A stretch of DNA of 64,000 nt from Fimicolochytrium jonesii (GCF_025526975.1 NW_026515682.1:248001-312000), one strand, 5' to 3'. Shown: positions 43,421 through 55,290, counted from the stretch's first letter. The notes: generated by a model not told the origin, from the letters alone. Numbers and translations: made by a program.

Positions 43421-43671
43421 ACCCATAGTTACGCAGCTTCCACACAATCTAGATGTTCGAATAAAGGCCAAGATCGGGTCGAATTTGATTTACAGACAAT
43501 CCAACTGAACTCCGCTCGAACATCGTTCGTCGGCAGCCATCGTCAACCAGGATGCGTTGCACGCTTTGTCATTTTACAAGTTGCCATCATCGGCGACGCC
43601 TCAGGCAGAGGTACAATGATGTGGATGGCAGATAACCACCACGGAAAATGGAATGGGGTGAAAATTCTAGA

Positions 43672-45177
43672 CTACCGGTTACGGGAGAATGCGTCTGGTC
43701 TGCGGCCATCGCCAAACACCACCGAACGCACAATCGAGACGAAATTCTTGGTGCTTAGGACGTCCCGATTGTGCACTTTCATCCGTAGTCGTAGTGGTCG
43801 TCTTCCAGGAATCTCAAATGGCGTCCAGTCCTGGTTGATACATTCGGGGTTGGGGCAACCCACCAATCCATGGACGAATTCCATTCTTCCCTTTCGAGCT
43901 TGCCACGGCCGAGGTGACAGCCGGCGTCGGATGTTTTTCCTCACACGCCCGTGGCAGTGTGGGCACACGGACGACGTTCGATACTCATCCAGCAAGTAGC
44001 ATGGAATGCCGTTTCTCGCAAAGAGTGTGCGGAATCTGTTCCATGATGAGTTAGCATAATGATACATAAAAAACAATGATGGTCACTCACCCTTTGGTCT
44101 TTGATGACTCCTGAAAGCGCATGGTTTTTCCAGCGTCGCTCCAATCACCCAAGATGACCGAAAAATGCTTTCCATACAGGCGTCGCATGTTTTTGATGAG
44201 CTTGCTCTCAGATTTTTGCCGCAGTGAGAACGCCTTGAATCTGCGAGCTACGTGAATCTCATCCTGGTAAAACTCATCCAGGGCGGGATCTGGGATATGG
44301 ATGTCAGCCCATGTATTACCAAATTTGAAAATCAAAGAAGTGGAACATCATACCCGCATGTTTGTAATGCACAATGAACGCTCAGAACGCCTCGATGTTC
44401 ATGCTCTTGTGCGATGGAATATGTGATTCCATCTCTGCGATGCCGGCATTGATCTTTCGCTCCGTCATGTCTCTCCGAAAGTACCGAGACTTTGTCTCGA
44501 CCGCCCGTTGATTGGATGTGTATCTGATACGGGGTGGTGCATTGTGAGATTACTACTGCCCTGCTGTCCCCGCTGTCGCCCCTGTCCCCGCTGTCGCCGC
44601 TGTCCCCGCCGCGCCCGCTGTCGCCGCTGTCCCCGCTATCCCCGCTGTCCCCGCTGTCGCCGCTGTCGCCGCTATCCCCGCTATCCCCGCTATCCCTGCT
44701 GTCCCCGCCGCGCCCGCTGTCCCCGCTGTCGCCGCCCCCGCCATCCCCTTCGTTCCACATTCCGCAATCAGCTGAAACGTACCTAAATGGCCGCTCCTTC
44801 TTGATGTCTCGACAGAACAAGAGGTCACGCTTGCCCGGATCAATGCTGACGATGTTTGGAGCCTCCCGTAGTTCGGCGATGTGGTGCTCAAAATACAGCT
44901 GCTTGACTTCTTCCCGCATCTGGGCCTTGCTGCGCTTCCGGGCCCGATGCCCATACTTGAGCCCTGGCTTCTTGAAGTGGATGGTGGCGGAATACCCGTT
45001 TGTGCTGATTGATCCATCAAATTTAAGATCAAGCTTCTTTCGATGCTTGAAGACCTTGTCCTGCAATGCGTCATTCAGCGAGGTGATTGAAATAGGCGCA
45101 GAAGGATAGAGACTTACATTCACGTTGAGAAACTGCCCCCACAGCTCCTGCTTGCGTTGATCGGTGAATTTCCCCAT
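43672..45177 (-). pseudogene. Fanzor1 (eukaryotic TnpB-like RNA-guided endonuclease) with 4 introns, 5'-truncated, one premature TGA
   Basis: Spliced reading gives FDGSISTNG, RuvC-I SIDPGKRD, FRYTSNQRAVET, RQKSESKLI, ILGDWSDAG, RuvC-II LLDEYRTS, Zn finger CPHC..CPNPEC and RuvC-III NRDVLS..RPDAFSR. Introns: 45117-45061, 44782-44524, 44353-44290 and 44090-44036. Confidence 0.9.
44559..44744 (-). repeat. 9-bp GC-rich minisatellite (GG[G/C]GA[C/T]AGC, about 20 units) inside Fanzor intron 2
   Basis: Plus strand reads cccgctgtc/gccgctgtc/cccgctatc tandem units. Confidence 0.92.
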
Positions 45178-45466
45178 GCAGCGTCCTCATCAGGGGCATT
45201 TCCAACGATGTGTGTGAGGAGAAACGCTCATTTTATGGTTTGTGATCGAACAGCAGAATCCTCTCATTGAAAGCGTTTCCTTTCTAGAGCAAACATGCGG
45301 CCACAGTCTAATGATAAGAAGATGACACAGAGCAGATTCCTGGTCTAGATGCAATGTCCTATCTACGAATGTGATCTGTCGTTATATGTGCGAAAAGGAT
45401 CTTAACAATGTGTAGTTGGACCGTGCCTTTCTATGATGATGTGCGAGGTAAAGATGCAATATGAAA

Positions 45467-48400
45467 CTAAGCTCGTACTAGTGTCAACACGAACTTCGAG
45501 TTGGAGACCTATTGAACGAAGGAGAGAGAATTAAGTAGATGACCAAGCCAAAGGCAAACATGTCATGGGAGCTTACCTCTTGCTCGATCTCGAGGACAAC
45601 ATCGGCACCGCTTTTCTTTGCGTCGATGTTCTCAACGCCCTGCTTCAAGCTCTTGAGCAGGAAGTCCTTCTGATCTTGCAGGACTGTTTGCAGCTCGTTG
45701 TTGGGATCCGAAACGATCTTGATGTAGTAGAGGATGTCATCGGTGGGCTGCAGCTTGGCCTATAGACATGAAAGATGAAAGGTATAAATCACAGTGCCAG
45801 GAAACCTCATGCCAAAGTGGATCATTCACGCAGCTTACCTCCTTGCGTGACCGTTGCACACGGTTGATAACCTCCCGGGCCAAACCCTCGTTGATGAGGC
45901 TCTGGTCCAATGCCGTGTCCAAGATGACCAGAACATCACCGCTCCCATGGGCGTGGTAGGTGCTACCCTTCTGTCCCTCGTCATCGAAGTACCTGGTGAC
46001 TTGCAAGTCACCTTCCCCAAGCTCAATGCCGTTGACCACAAGCTTGTTCGTGGAGACGTATTTCTTGATGTCGTCCTGAGAAACAGTGGCAAGCCCAGTC
46101 TTCACCTTCGGCAGATCCTTTTTCAGCTTGCCGCCCAATGTCTTCCAGTCGGGGATAAGCTTGTACTTGATGCCGTACTTTGCTTCTTCGGATGTTACCG
46201 TCACGGTGCGGATGTTCAGTTCATCGACAATGTAATCCTCGAGAGCCTTGACATCGGAGTGGAACTGCGCGTCCGGATGGATGATGACAAGCTCGCGCAA
46301 AGGCGTCTTCAGAGGCAGGGTCTTCTGGTCGCGGATGTATCGCCCGGATTCGATGACGGTCTGCATCCGGCCCACGGCGCGCTCGATGTCGGCGTTGAAG
46401 TATGCGGATTTTGGTTCAGGGAAGGGCAGGAAGTGGATACTACGCGTGTCCTCCTTTGTAGCCGGCATGCACGTCTTCAGGTTTTGGTACATCGTTTCCA
46501 CAATGAACGGTGTGAAGGGAGCCATCAACTTCGAGAGAGTGAACAGCACCTCGAAGAGCACGTTCAGGGCGGTGACAGCCTCCGCCGGCCCGTTGTCACC
46601 CTTCAGACGCTTGCGGTTGAAGCGGACATACCAGTTCGTCAAGGAATCAATCAGGTTCAGAAGGCGAGGAGTGACCGTGTACAATCGGTAAGCGGCCATC
46701 TCCGCCCTGACGAAGTCGATAAGCGTCTGCGTCGAGGCGAGGATCCACTTGTCCATGACATTGCGATCGCCTGACAAGTCCATCTCAGGGTTGTACTGGA
46801 AATCGACGTTGTGCTCTTTCTTCAACAAGGCGAGCTGGGCAAAGAAGAACCGGTAGGCGTTGTACCACGGCAACAGCACCTTTGCAACCAGCTCCTTCAC
46901 TCCTTCCTCCCTGAACCTCAGGGATTCGGCCCGCACGGCAGGGGAGCCGATGAGGTACAGACGGAGAACATCGGCTCCGTACGTGTGCATGACGTCGTTC
47001 GGGTCAGGGTAGTTCTTCAGACGCTTCGACATCTTCTTTCCATCGCTGGCAAGAATCAAACCGTTGACAACGACGTTCTTAAACGGTGGCGTGTCGAAAA
47101 GATGTGTGGAGAGGACCATCAGCGTGTAGAACCAACCACGTGTTTGGTCGATACCCTCCGCAATGAAATCCGCTGGGAAGGTGCCGTTGAACTTTTGTTC
47201 ATTTTCGAAGGGGTAGTGCTGCTGTGCGTAGGGCATGCTTCCACTTTCGAACCAACAGTCGAAAACTTCGGGAATTCTGCGCAGGTCTCCTTTGCCCTTC
47301 TTCGATGGGATAGTGATGTGGTCAATCTTATCCCGGTGGAGATCAGTGATGCCTTGGACACCCGACAAAGCCGTGAGCTCCTCAACGGAACCAATAGCGA
47401 CGACTTCCTCGTAATCTTCGCTGACCCAGAGAGGGATGGGTGTTCCCCAGTAACGGTTGCGGGAGATGTTCCAATCGCGGGCGTTCTCGAGCCAGTTGTG
47501 GAATTTCTTTTCTTTGATGGTCTCAGGAACCCAGTAGGTCTTTTTATTGTTCGCCAGAAGCTTGTCGTTGATGTTCGATACTCGCACGAACCATCCTGGA
47601 ACAGCTTTGTAGATGAGGGGCGTGTCGGAACGCCAGCAGAAGGGGTAACTGTGCGTGATCTGTGACTGCCGGATAAGTCTGCCCTTCGTCTTCAGGTCCT
47701 TCTGGATCTGCTTGTCCGCGTCTTTGACGTAGACGCCGACATAGTCCGTGATTTCGCTCGTGAAGCATCCGGTCGCGTCCACTGGGTTGGGCAAGTCACC
47801 TTCCCCAGTGACGACGTCATTCGCAACGGCCACACGGTAATCGTCCTCACCGAAAGTAGGAGCGCAATGGACGATACCAGTACCGCTGTCCGCGGTGACA
47901 TAGGTGTCGGCCATGACCTTGAATGCTCTGCCCTTTCGGTCGCTAAAGAAGTCAAAGACCGGCTCGTACTCCAGACCCTTCAGATCTGATCCCTTGATCT
48001 TTTCGAGGATGGTGTACTTCGCCTTCTTCACATCCTTGTACAGAATGCCTAAGCAGCCTTCCAGCAAGATCCAGATAGCTCCCGTCTCCCCATCTTTGAT
48101 TTTGACGTATTCGAACTCAGGATGCACCGTAAGACCCAAGTTACTGGGGAGAGTCCAAGGTGTTGTCGTCCAAGCGAGGAGGGCAACGGACGGATCACTG
48201 ACAAGCGGGAATGAAATGACGACTGCGGTGATGGAGTTGTGCATGAGACTCGAGCGCTAGGAGCTCAGAAGCTCAAACGAAGCTCTTACCTGCAGGATCT
48301 GTCACATCCTTGTAGTTCTGTGTTGCCTCCATGTTAGAAAGCGGTGTGTGGACTCCGGTAGAGAAAGGCATAATCTATTCGAGAAGATCTCGTCCGGTTA

Positions 48401-49142
48401 GCCATTACATCTGTGTGAAAGCATCTGACGACCGGCGCCTCACCTTGAAACCGCGGTAAACCTGCTCCTTATCGAACAGCTGCTTGAAGACCCACCAAAC
48501 AGACTCCATGAAGGGCAGGTTCATAGTCTTGTAGTCGTTCTTGAAGTCGATCCAGCGACCCATACGGTTTACGGTTGTCTCCCATTCCCCAGCATACTTC
48601 ATGACAATAGCACGGCATTCTGCGTTGTACTTGTCAATGCCCATCGCCATGACATCGTTAGGACCCTTGATGTTGAGCTTTTTGTCGATCTCGTGCTCCA
48701 CTGGCAGACCGTGCGTGTCCCACCCAAATCTGCGCTCTACGTAGTGCCCGGTGCTCGCAGCGTAACGAGTGACGACATCCTGGGAAGAGGTTGTTTAGAC
48801 CTGTTCACAACGTGTCGAACGGCCCGGCTGGTCGTAAGGACGACTCAACTCACCTTGATGGTTCCCGCAAGCAAGTGTCCGTAGTGAGGACGGCCGGTGG
48901 CGAACGGTGGACCGTCATAGAAAGAGAATGGTGGGCGGCCTTCCGCAAGTTTCAGAGACGTTTGGAAAGCGTCAATGTCGTTCCAGAATTGCAGAATCTT
49001 CTCTTCCTCCTTTGGGAAAGAGGGACTCGCGGCAACTGTTCGGGAGAGGACAGACTTGTCAGCCGGGATACTCGGCTGCTTAACAATGAGCAGTAATCTC
49101 TATAGAGCCCCGCCTAAACATACTTTCCGGGATAGTGCTCAT
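45467..49142 (-). CDS. ILS1: Cytosolic isoleucyl-tRNA synthetase
   Basis: [48 protein letters not shown] and KMSKR. Confidence 0.97.
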
Positions 49143-49773
49143 CTTGTTAGGTCTGCGAGTAACAGCGTTGGAGGAGAGTCGCAGGTGCAAGTGGGAGTGC
49201 GGCGACAAGATCACTGGAAAAGGCGACGTGTACAGGCGACTTGGGGTTCGTGGGAGAAGACGTTGGATATCACAACGAAACCTCGACATACAGCACCGGG
49301 GACGGAGTGCGTTGCTGGGAAGCCCGTATTTGTAGATCTCCCCGGGAATGTGGTTCAGTTTCAACGGAATTGCGCCTTTCTGCTGCGAATTCGTCGGCCA
49401 ACAGTTCTTCGGAATTCGCTGAATCCAGCGCTGAATCCTACGGAGCAGTCCACGAAAACCCCATTTGTGACTCATACTGCAGACATTATGAGTCACCCTA
49501 CCATTTCTGACAGCGCGTACGGAGACTGTCTGCCGTCGAAAGGTGGCTTAGCTATGAATGTGAGCATGCTCGAATATGAAAAGCACTGTATTCAAATCAA
49601 AGGCTGCATGTGCATATACAAACTTTCCATCGAGACGAGGCATGATGCTATGTAGAAGCACGAGAAGGAGAAGCATCTGCAAGAAGGCTCGATATCTAAG
49701 CTAAAATAGACCGTGTTAACCCACCCGTCACGGCTGCATGCAAAGCCAGCTGACGTACGCCACAACCAGACAT

Positions 49774-52700
49774 CTATCCATCTACACGAACCCATTCATC
49801 GGCCTCCGTCTCCACAACCTTCTTGCAACCCGCTGTAGGGTACCGGCAATGCGTGGTCTTGAGCTTATCCATGCTATTCCGGGAAATACTGCTTGGACTC
49901 GCGACCTTGTATTTTTTGCGTTGTGGTGTCCCACCAGGTCCTCTTGCTACCGCTGGCCGCTTCGTCGCGTTGACAGTGATTGAAATGTCCGTGCGTTCGA
50001 TCTCTATGGTTTCGCGGGTAGAGTTGCTGTCCCCAGTGATGTGTTCGGTTTTGACCTGGTCGTAGGACATATGTGTTTCTTTCGGTGGGGGAGTGTCCTG
50101 GCATCCGGCGAGCTGCCTTGCCAACTGCATAGCCAAACTATCATCTGTGAGCGGTATCATGTCTACTGTCGGTGGCGAGACCGATAAGGTTTCGGTTGAA
50201 GTAGCGTTCTTCCCTTTCACTTTCTCACGTCCATCGAAGATCAGCACTCCTTTTGGAACCGACTCCGTCGGCGATTTGTAGATCGCTTCCAGTTTGTCCA
50301 GTGCACGGCGCTGAGTCTTCGGCATGATTGTGTCGGGGTTGATAACGGTTCGTGCCGTGACTGTGCACATCGGGATAGCACCGGAATGGGAACGGTGGAT
50401 TCGATTACTAAACGGAATAGAAGAGAACATACCAGAGATCCGGTGACCCTGAGGCTTTGCACAATGCTCGTAGTTCGCCTGCACTTTCTTCCCAACCTAT
50501 GTTCAAATGACGTTGAGCACCAGACGAACGACCCGGTGTGTTTCGAAAGATCGCCAAACCATAATAAGGATATCCCCATGTCTCAAACGCAATTTCAAGA
50601 CCTGTCGTCCAGGCCCAACGCCATTCGGGGCAGTGTCACGGCATGTCGGCTTTGTCCGGAACGAAAAGATACAATCGGAGCCCATGCTGAGCGCCGAAAC
50701 GGGGCCGAAGACTGTTTTTTCTCCATCATCGTGCCACTTCATCCATTTGACTGTGTATAATAAGTCGCATCCTGCTTTAACGAACACCGTGGACAACATG
50801 AACTCAGAGCGGTGAAACAATTTACCATCGTCCGCCAATGTAAGGTTCTTATGACTCTGATTGTACTTGGTCCCGAACTCCTTCGCGGCATCCTGCAACA
50901 TGGCGATCGCTGCTTTCTCCACTTTCGTGTTTGCTTCCATGGGTCGAGAAGGCAAAACCGATGCTTGATCTGCACGACTTTGTGTCAGGAATCGAACATT
51001 TTCGCACGGAAGACATGGGCGCGACTCAACAGTATTTTTCGCCGCTGTTCAGAACGAAGTTTGAAGTGACTAGCTTGCCAACTGAAGAGAATAGAGAATA
51101 TTAGCCTCCAGCACGCATAGATGCCCCCCCAAAAAATACGTACTGCGAGATTTCACAGGCATCCTCTGATACTCCAAATCCCCTTCCTGTAGCTCCTTAT
51201 ACAGCTTATCCACATCAGCATGACCATCTTTCGGTGCAAGCATATGATGAATCTCGCCGCCCTCAGGGAGGGTGTAGACCACCTTGAACCATCCAGACAT
51301 CCGGCATGCTGGTTCCGGCGGTATCGCGACCAGGTATCCTTTGATGTTGCTGCCTGGGAGGACTTGGAAGCAGTTGAAGCGCTCCTTTTTGTCGACGGGC
51401 AGACGGATTGCGGCGGACAGGGGGAGGACGGGGAGGGTGAAAGATACCTCGTTCTGTGGCAAAGGGGGTCAGTCGTCATATGCTTCAGCTGAATATGATG
51501 CAAGGCATCATGCGCTATACCTCACAAGTTTCACACACCCATTTGTTCGAGAAAATCCTTCGTGATAATCGGCCACAGCGGTTGCACCACTCACAGGCGG
51601 ACGTTCGTGCCTGTTGAGATGGAGACGGTTGCAGCGGTACGACCGATGGAGGAGTACATGTGCTACGGTGGGAGGGTTATTGCCGTTTGCACAAACAAAC
51701 TTGCGTTGTCGCCTGCGTCGAACGCACCTTTTCATCGACAGCATAGGCCGAAGGAAGTCGCGGTTATGTCTCAAATCCATCCCTTCTGCAACATCCACAC
51801 CCGAAACAGCTTTCCAGAATGCTTCACATTGGTGTCTGAGGCACACTTGCTCGGTGTAAACTTTTGGGGACACTTCCTTGCATGTGGGGCAACAATAATC
51901 AAGGCTCCCAGTCGTCCTTTTTGAATCTCTCAACTTCTTCGCTTTCACATGCCACACATTCGACGCCTGATCCGGAACGAGCTGCACACGAAACTGTGAG
52001 CCACGTTGTAACGTAGACGCCGGGCACTTCGCTTACCTCATAGCGCAACTTGATCCGAACATTCTGACCCTCTTTCTCCCTCCATATATGGGTGATACGA
52101 TAGTACCCCAGCACTGCGTAGGTCAGTCCGTCGGGCAACACTTCTTTCAGAAAATAGTCTTGGCTCACGATGACCATGACGGAATGGCCGCCTTTCATGG
52201 CATTGATCAACGATTCAATGTTATGATCCGTTTCCTCCTATCCGCGTGGTGTGATGATTTAGCTGTGCGAAACGCCACGCTCAGCCGGTTTGCAATCGAT
52301 GTCACCTGCGACGTTGCTAGCGACATGCACACGTTAGCCCTCTTCCTTTCTTTATCGCAGGCATTCTTCCCGCCGCCGTGCGTGATGAAGACCCTGCGCT
52401 TGAAAATATCGCGTGGGGCAATGGATCCTACAACCGACACATTTTAGAATGCGTCAGCCTCGCCCGATCGCTCAAAGCATACCTGCGAGCAAGATGGCCG
52501 TAGCGATCCGCGCGTTCGGATTGACAGGGTCGTCAAGTGGGAGTTTTCGAAACTGGAATCCTGATTGATACTGAATGAACCTCTTGTCCAACGCGTACCC
52601 TGGGAGGCTTAATGTGAGCATGTTCCAACTGCCAAACAAGTCCTTCCATGCGCATATGTACCCTCGCAGAGTTCTTGGCGGCTTTGACACCAGACTTTCG

Positions 52701-53684
52701 GGCAACCAAAGTCACCAGGGCTTTTCCCAGCTTGCACCATGCGGCGGTAATGGCCCAAGCCTTCCGTGTCTTCGCCCTTTCTCAATAGACGATCCTCTGG
52801 GAGTTTGCAGACTGCTGTTACCGTGAATTGTGAATGGGCCCAGAAACTAATGCATGGAAACCGATATCAGCGAACCTTCATCACTACACGTCATCGCCTC
52901 CTTGCCAGGTCCATTCTTTTGGCACTTCTGAATATGCAAAGCCTTCTTTGTGCCATCATCCTCCGTCTCAAACGGTTCGCTGCTCGTCATCGTGACTTTG
53001 TCCACTGTCTCATCAATCTTCCTTTTGAGCTTGCACCACATTGAAGGTCCGCTGCTCACTGTCTCATCGATCTTCCTCTTGAGTTTGCACCACTCTGAAG
53101 GTCCGCTGCTCACTGTCTCGTCTATCATTGTCTTGAGCTTGCACCATTCTGAAGGTCCGCTTCCCGGGCCTTTACGTTCTTTTCTGCTTTGCGTCGGAAC
53201 AGCCTTTCCCGACGCGTCGGCATTCCCAAGACCATCGTGATCATCTCCCGGCAATCGCTTGATAATCGCTGAACCCGTGCTCTTCGCCACTTTCCGTTCT
53301 ACCAACCCCGGAATATGGCTTTTTCGTTGCTCTGTTCTCGGTTTTTTAACGGTGGTGTGCTTGTCGTTCCGTTTAAACGGAGTTGTCCGCTCGCAAGTCG
53401 CAAGCTGCGGGTTCGACGCAGACTCGTCCAGTAGGTCTTTCTGGTGCTTCTGCTTGGGCTCTTTCTCCCCCTTTATCCTCTTCGCCGGACGAGGAGTGTC
53501 TGCCAGCTCGCAAGCCTTTCGCTTCGGTGGTGTGAAAGCCACACTTTGTAAAGGGCCCGGCGTTTCGTTGCAACCCCGACGGGGGGTGGACGCGGCGTGC
53601 CCTGCCGTGGCGAGAATAACGATGTCAGCTGTGTCACGAGCGAGTACCTCGACCAGAAGTGCGTCCTACAATACCTTTGCCCAT
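49774..53684 (-). CDS. Fungal multidomain 2OG-Fe(II) dioxygenase (AlkB-type) with upstream SRA-like region and Cys cluster
   Basis: HxD motif MKWHDDGE, ALSMGS, LRLRHGDILIM and YEH...R. Upstream: FITHGGG, YAVLGYYRITHIW, CPTCKEVSPKVY..CLRHQC. Confidence 0.8.
53003..53161 (-). repeat. 3 x 54-bp coding tandem repeat (SGPSxWCKLKRKIDETVS)
   Basis: Units start at 53003, 53057 and 53111. Confidence 0.9.
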
Positions 53685-53871
53685 GTTTGCCGAAAGAAAA
53701 GCCGAGTGATGAGCTCTCTCGTTGCGGATTATTGGCAAGATTTATTAGGGGCGGACCCTCCCCGGACGCGTTGGAGACGCCAGCGAGAAGCCACAGATGA
53801 CGTTCGAAGCGTTTGACCCCTTTCCAGCCAGGAGAGCAAAATAACACGCAGCGATCGGAGAGTAGAGCAGC

Positions 53872-55262
53872 ATGAGCGACGACATACCTCAAGAGCAACA
53901 GCTGACCACTGTGGAAAAGGTCCGTCTCGGATGCGTGCCCGAGCACTTCTCCTCGCCGCTGCATCAAGCGCTGGCGAAAGATCTCTTCGGCCGTCATGGC
54001 TTCGAGCTGGAGATTGTGAACTGTCCTGGAGGTGCGACCCTCTATATATATATAGGACCTTTTCGCTTCCATAACTAGACATGCTAAACCAGATTGCATT
54101 TCAGGAACGGGAGAGGTGCGATAATTGGTTAATTGCTTGCTGAGTTGTTATGGGGAATGTGCTCACGCGCGGCATCACGCTACAGATGGTCACAAAACTG
54201 AAAGAAAATGAACTGGACATCGCCATCGCTCTAACGGAAGGCCTTATATCCAGCCTCTGCAAGGAAGACGGCCCGTTCCGCATTATCGGAACCTACGTCA
54301 GCAGCCCGCTCACTTGGTCGATAGCGTCCTCTCCCACAGGCCGCTTTGGCAAGGTTTCGCGCGAGTCTCCTGGACCAGAGGCGTGGGAGGGATTGAAGGG
54401 GGCGAAAGTGGGCGTATCGCGACTGGGAAGTGGGAGCCACTTGATTCCGTTTGTGCTTGCGGATCAGATGGGATGGCTGAAGGATGGTGCGAGTGCTCCA
54501 TTCGAATTCGTACCCTTGAAGGACATCGCGGGGCTGGTGAATGGAGTCAAGAGTGGGGCTATCGACACGTTCCTCTGGGTGAGTGCTTGCTCAGCACTTG
54601 GTACTTTCGCTATTCTCGAAAGCTAAGTTCTTGATTCCGTTCAGGAACGTATCATGACCAAGGTTAGATCGACCGTCTGACATCGGTTCCAGCTATTTGA
54701 GATTCTCGACTAACAGGCAGTTTTCAGCCTCACTACGACAGCGGTGAGCTGCACCATCTTTCCAACATCACCCCTCCATGGCCCGCTTTCATGTTCGCGG
54801 CATCAAAGAAGGCTCTGGCTCACTCCGCAGCCTTGATCGGGATCCTGAATGGTAAACTACTCAGAGAACTCAAAACATCAGTTCATCCACATCTCACCCC
54901 AACACCCCACAGTAATCACCGAAAGCGCCAAAATCTTTATAGCCGGCAAAGGCACCGGCGACTCCGTCCGCTACGTCTCCGAAAAGTACCACCTCCCCGA
55001 AGACGACGTGCGCGTCTGGTTCTCCAGCGTCGCCTATCCCGCCAATTGCCGCGAGGTCGACCGGCACGTGCTGACGGATTGCATCAAGGTGCTTGCCAAA
55101 GCAGGTGTCGTGGGTAACGAGGCGCTGGGTATCCCGCTGGATCGGTTGGTGGACGAGCATGTGGCGGTTGTTACGGAGGAACCGCTTGAGCAGAAGATTA
55201 AGAGGCATGATCAGCAGTATGAGAAGGAGTGTAGGGAGTTGCAGGCTGGGAAGTCGGAGTAA
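53872..55262 (+). CDS. Type-2 periplasmic-binding-fold protein (Ca3427/NMT1-THI5-like)
   Basis: RLGCVPEHFSSPL, CPGGTG, LDIAIALTEGLI, GTYVSSPLTW, GVSRLGSGSH and TPPWPAF. Confidence 0.85.
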
Positions 55263-55290
55263 GAGACATCAAGAGTAAGGCGTAGCCTGT

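Noticed and set aside
43205..43999. 264-aa plus-strand ORF
   Set aside because: Out of frame with TBC1D7, antisense to the Fanzor, and has no recognisable motifs.
44534..45109. Plus-strand LSP-repeat ORF, and the GDS/TAG-repeat translations
   Set aside because: Artefacts of the 9-bp intronic minisatellite. Splicing restores the conserved FRYTSNQR motif.
45290..45312. Possible Fanzor left end (gcggccacagtcTA loosely mirrors the right end)
   Set aside because: The match is too short and gapped to support a terminal inverted repeat.
45854..47665. Long plus-strand ORFs
   Set aside because: Antisense shadows of the codon-biased IleRS gene.
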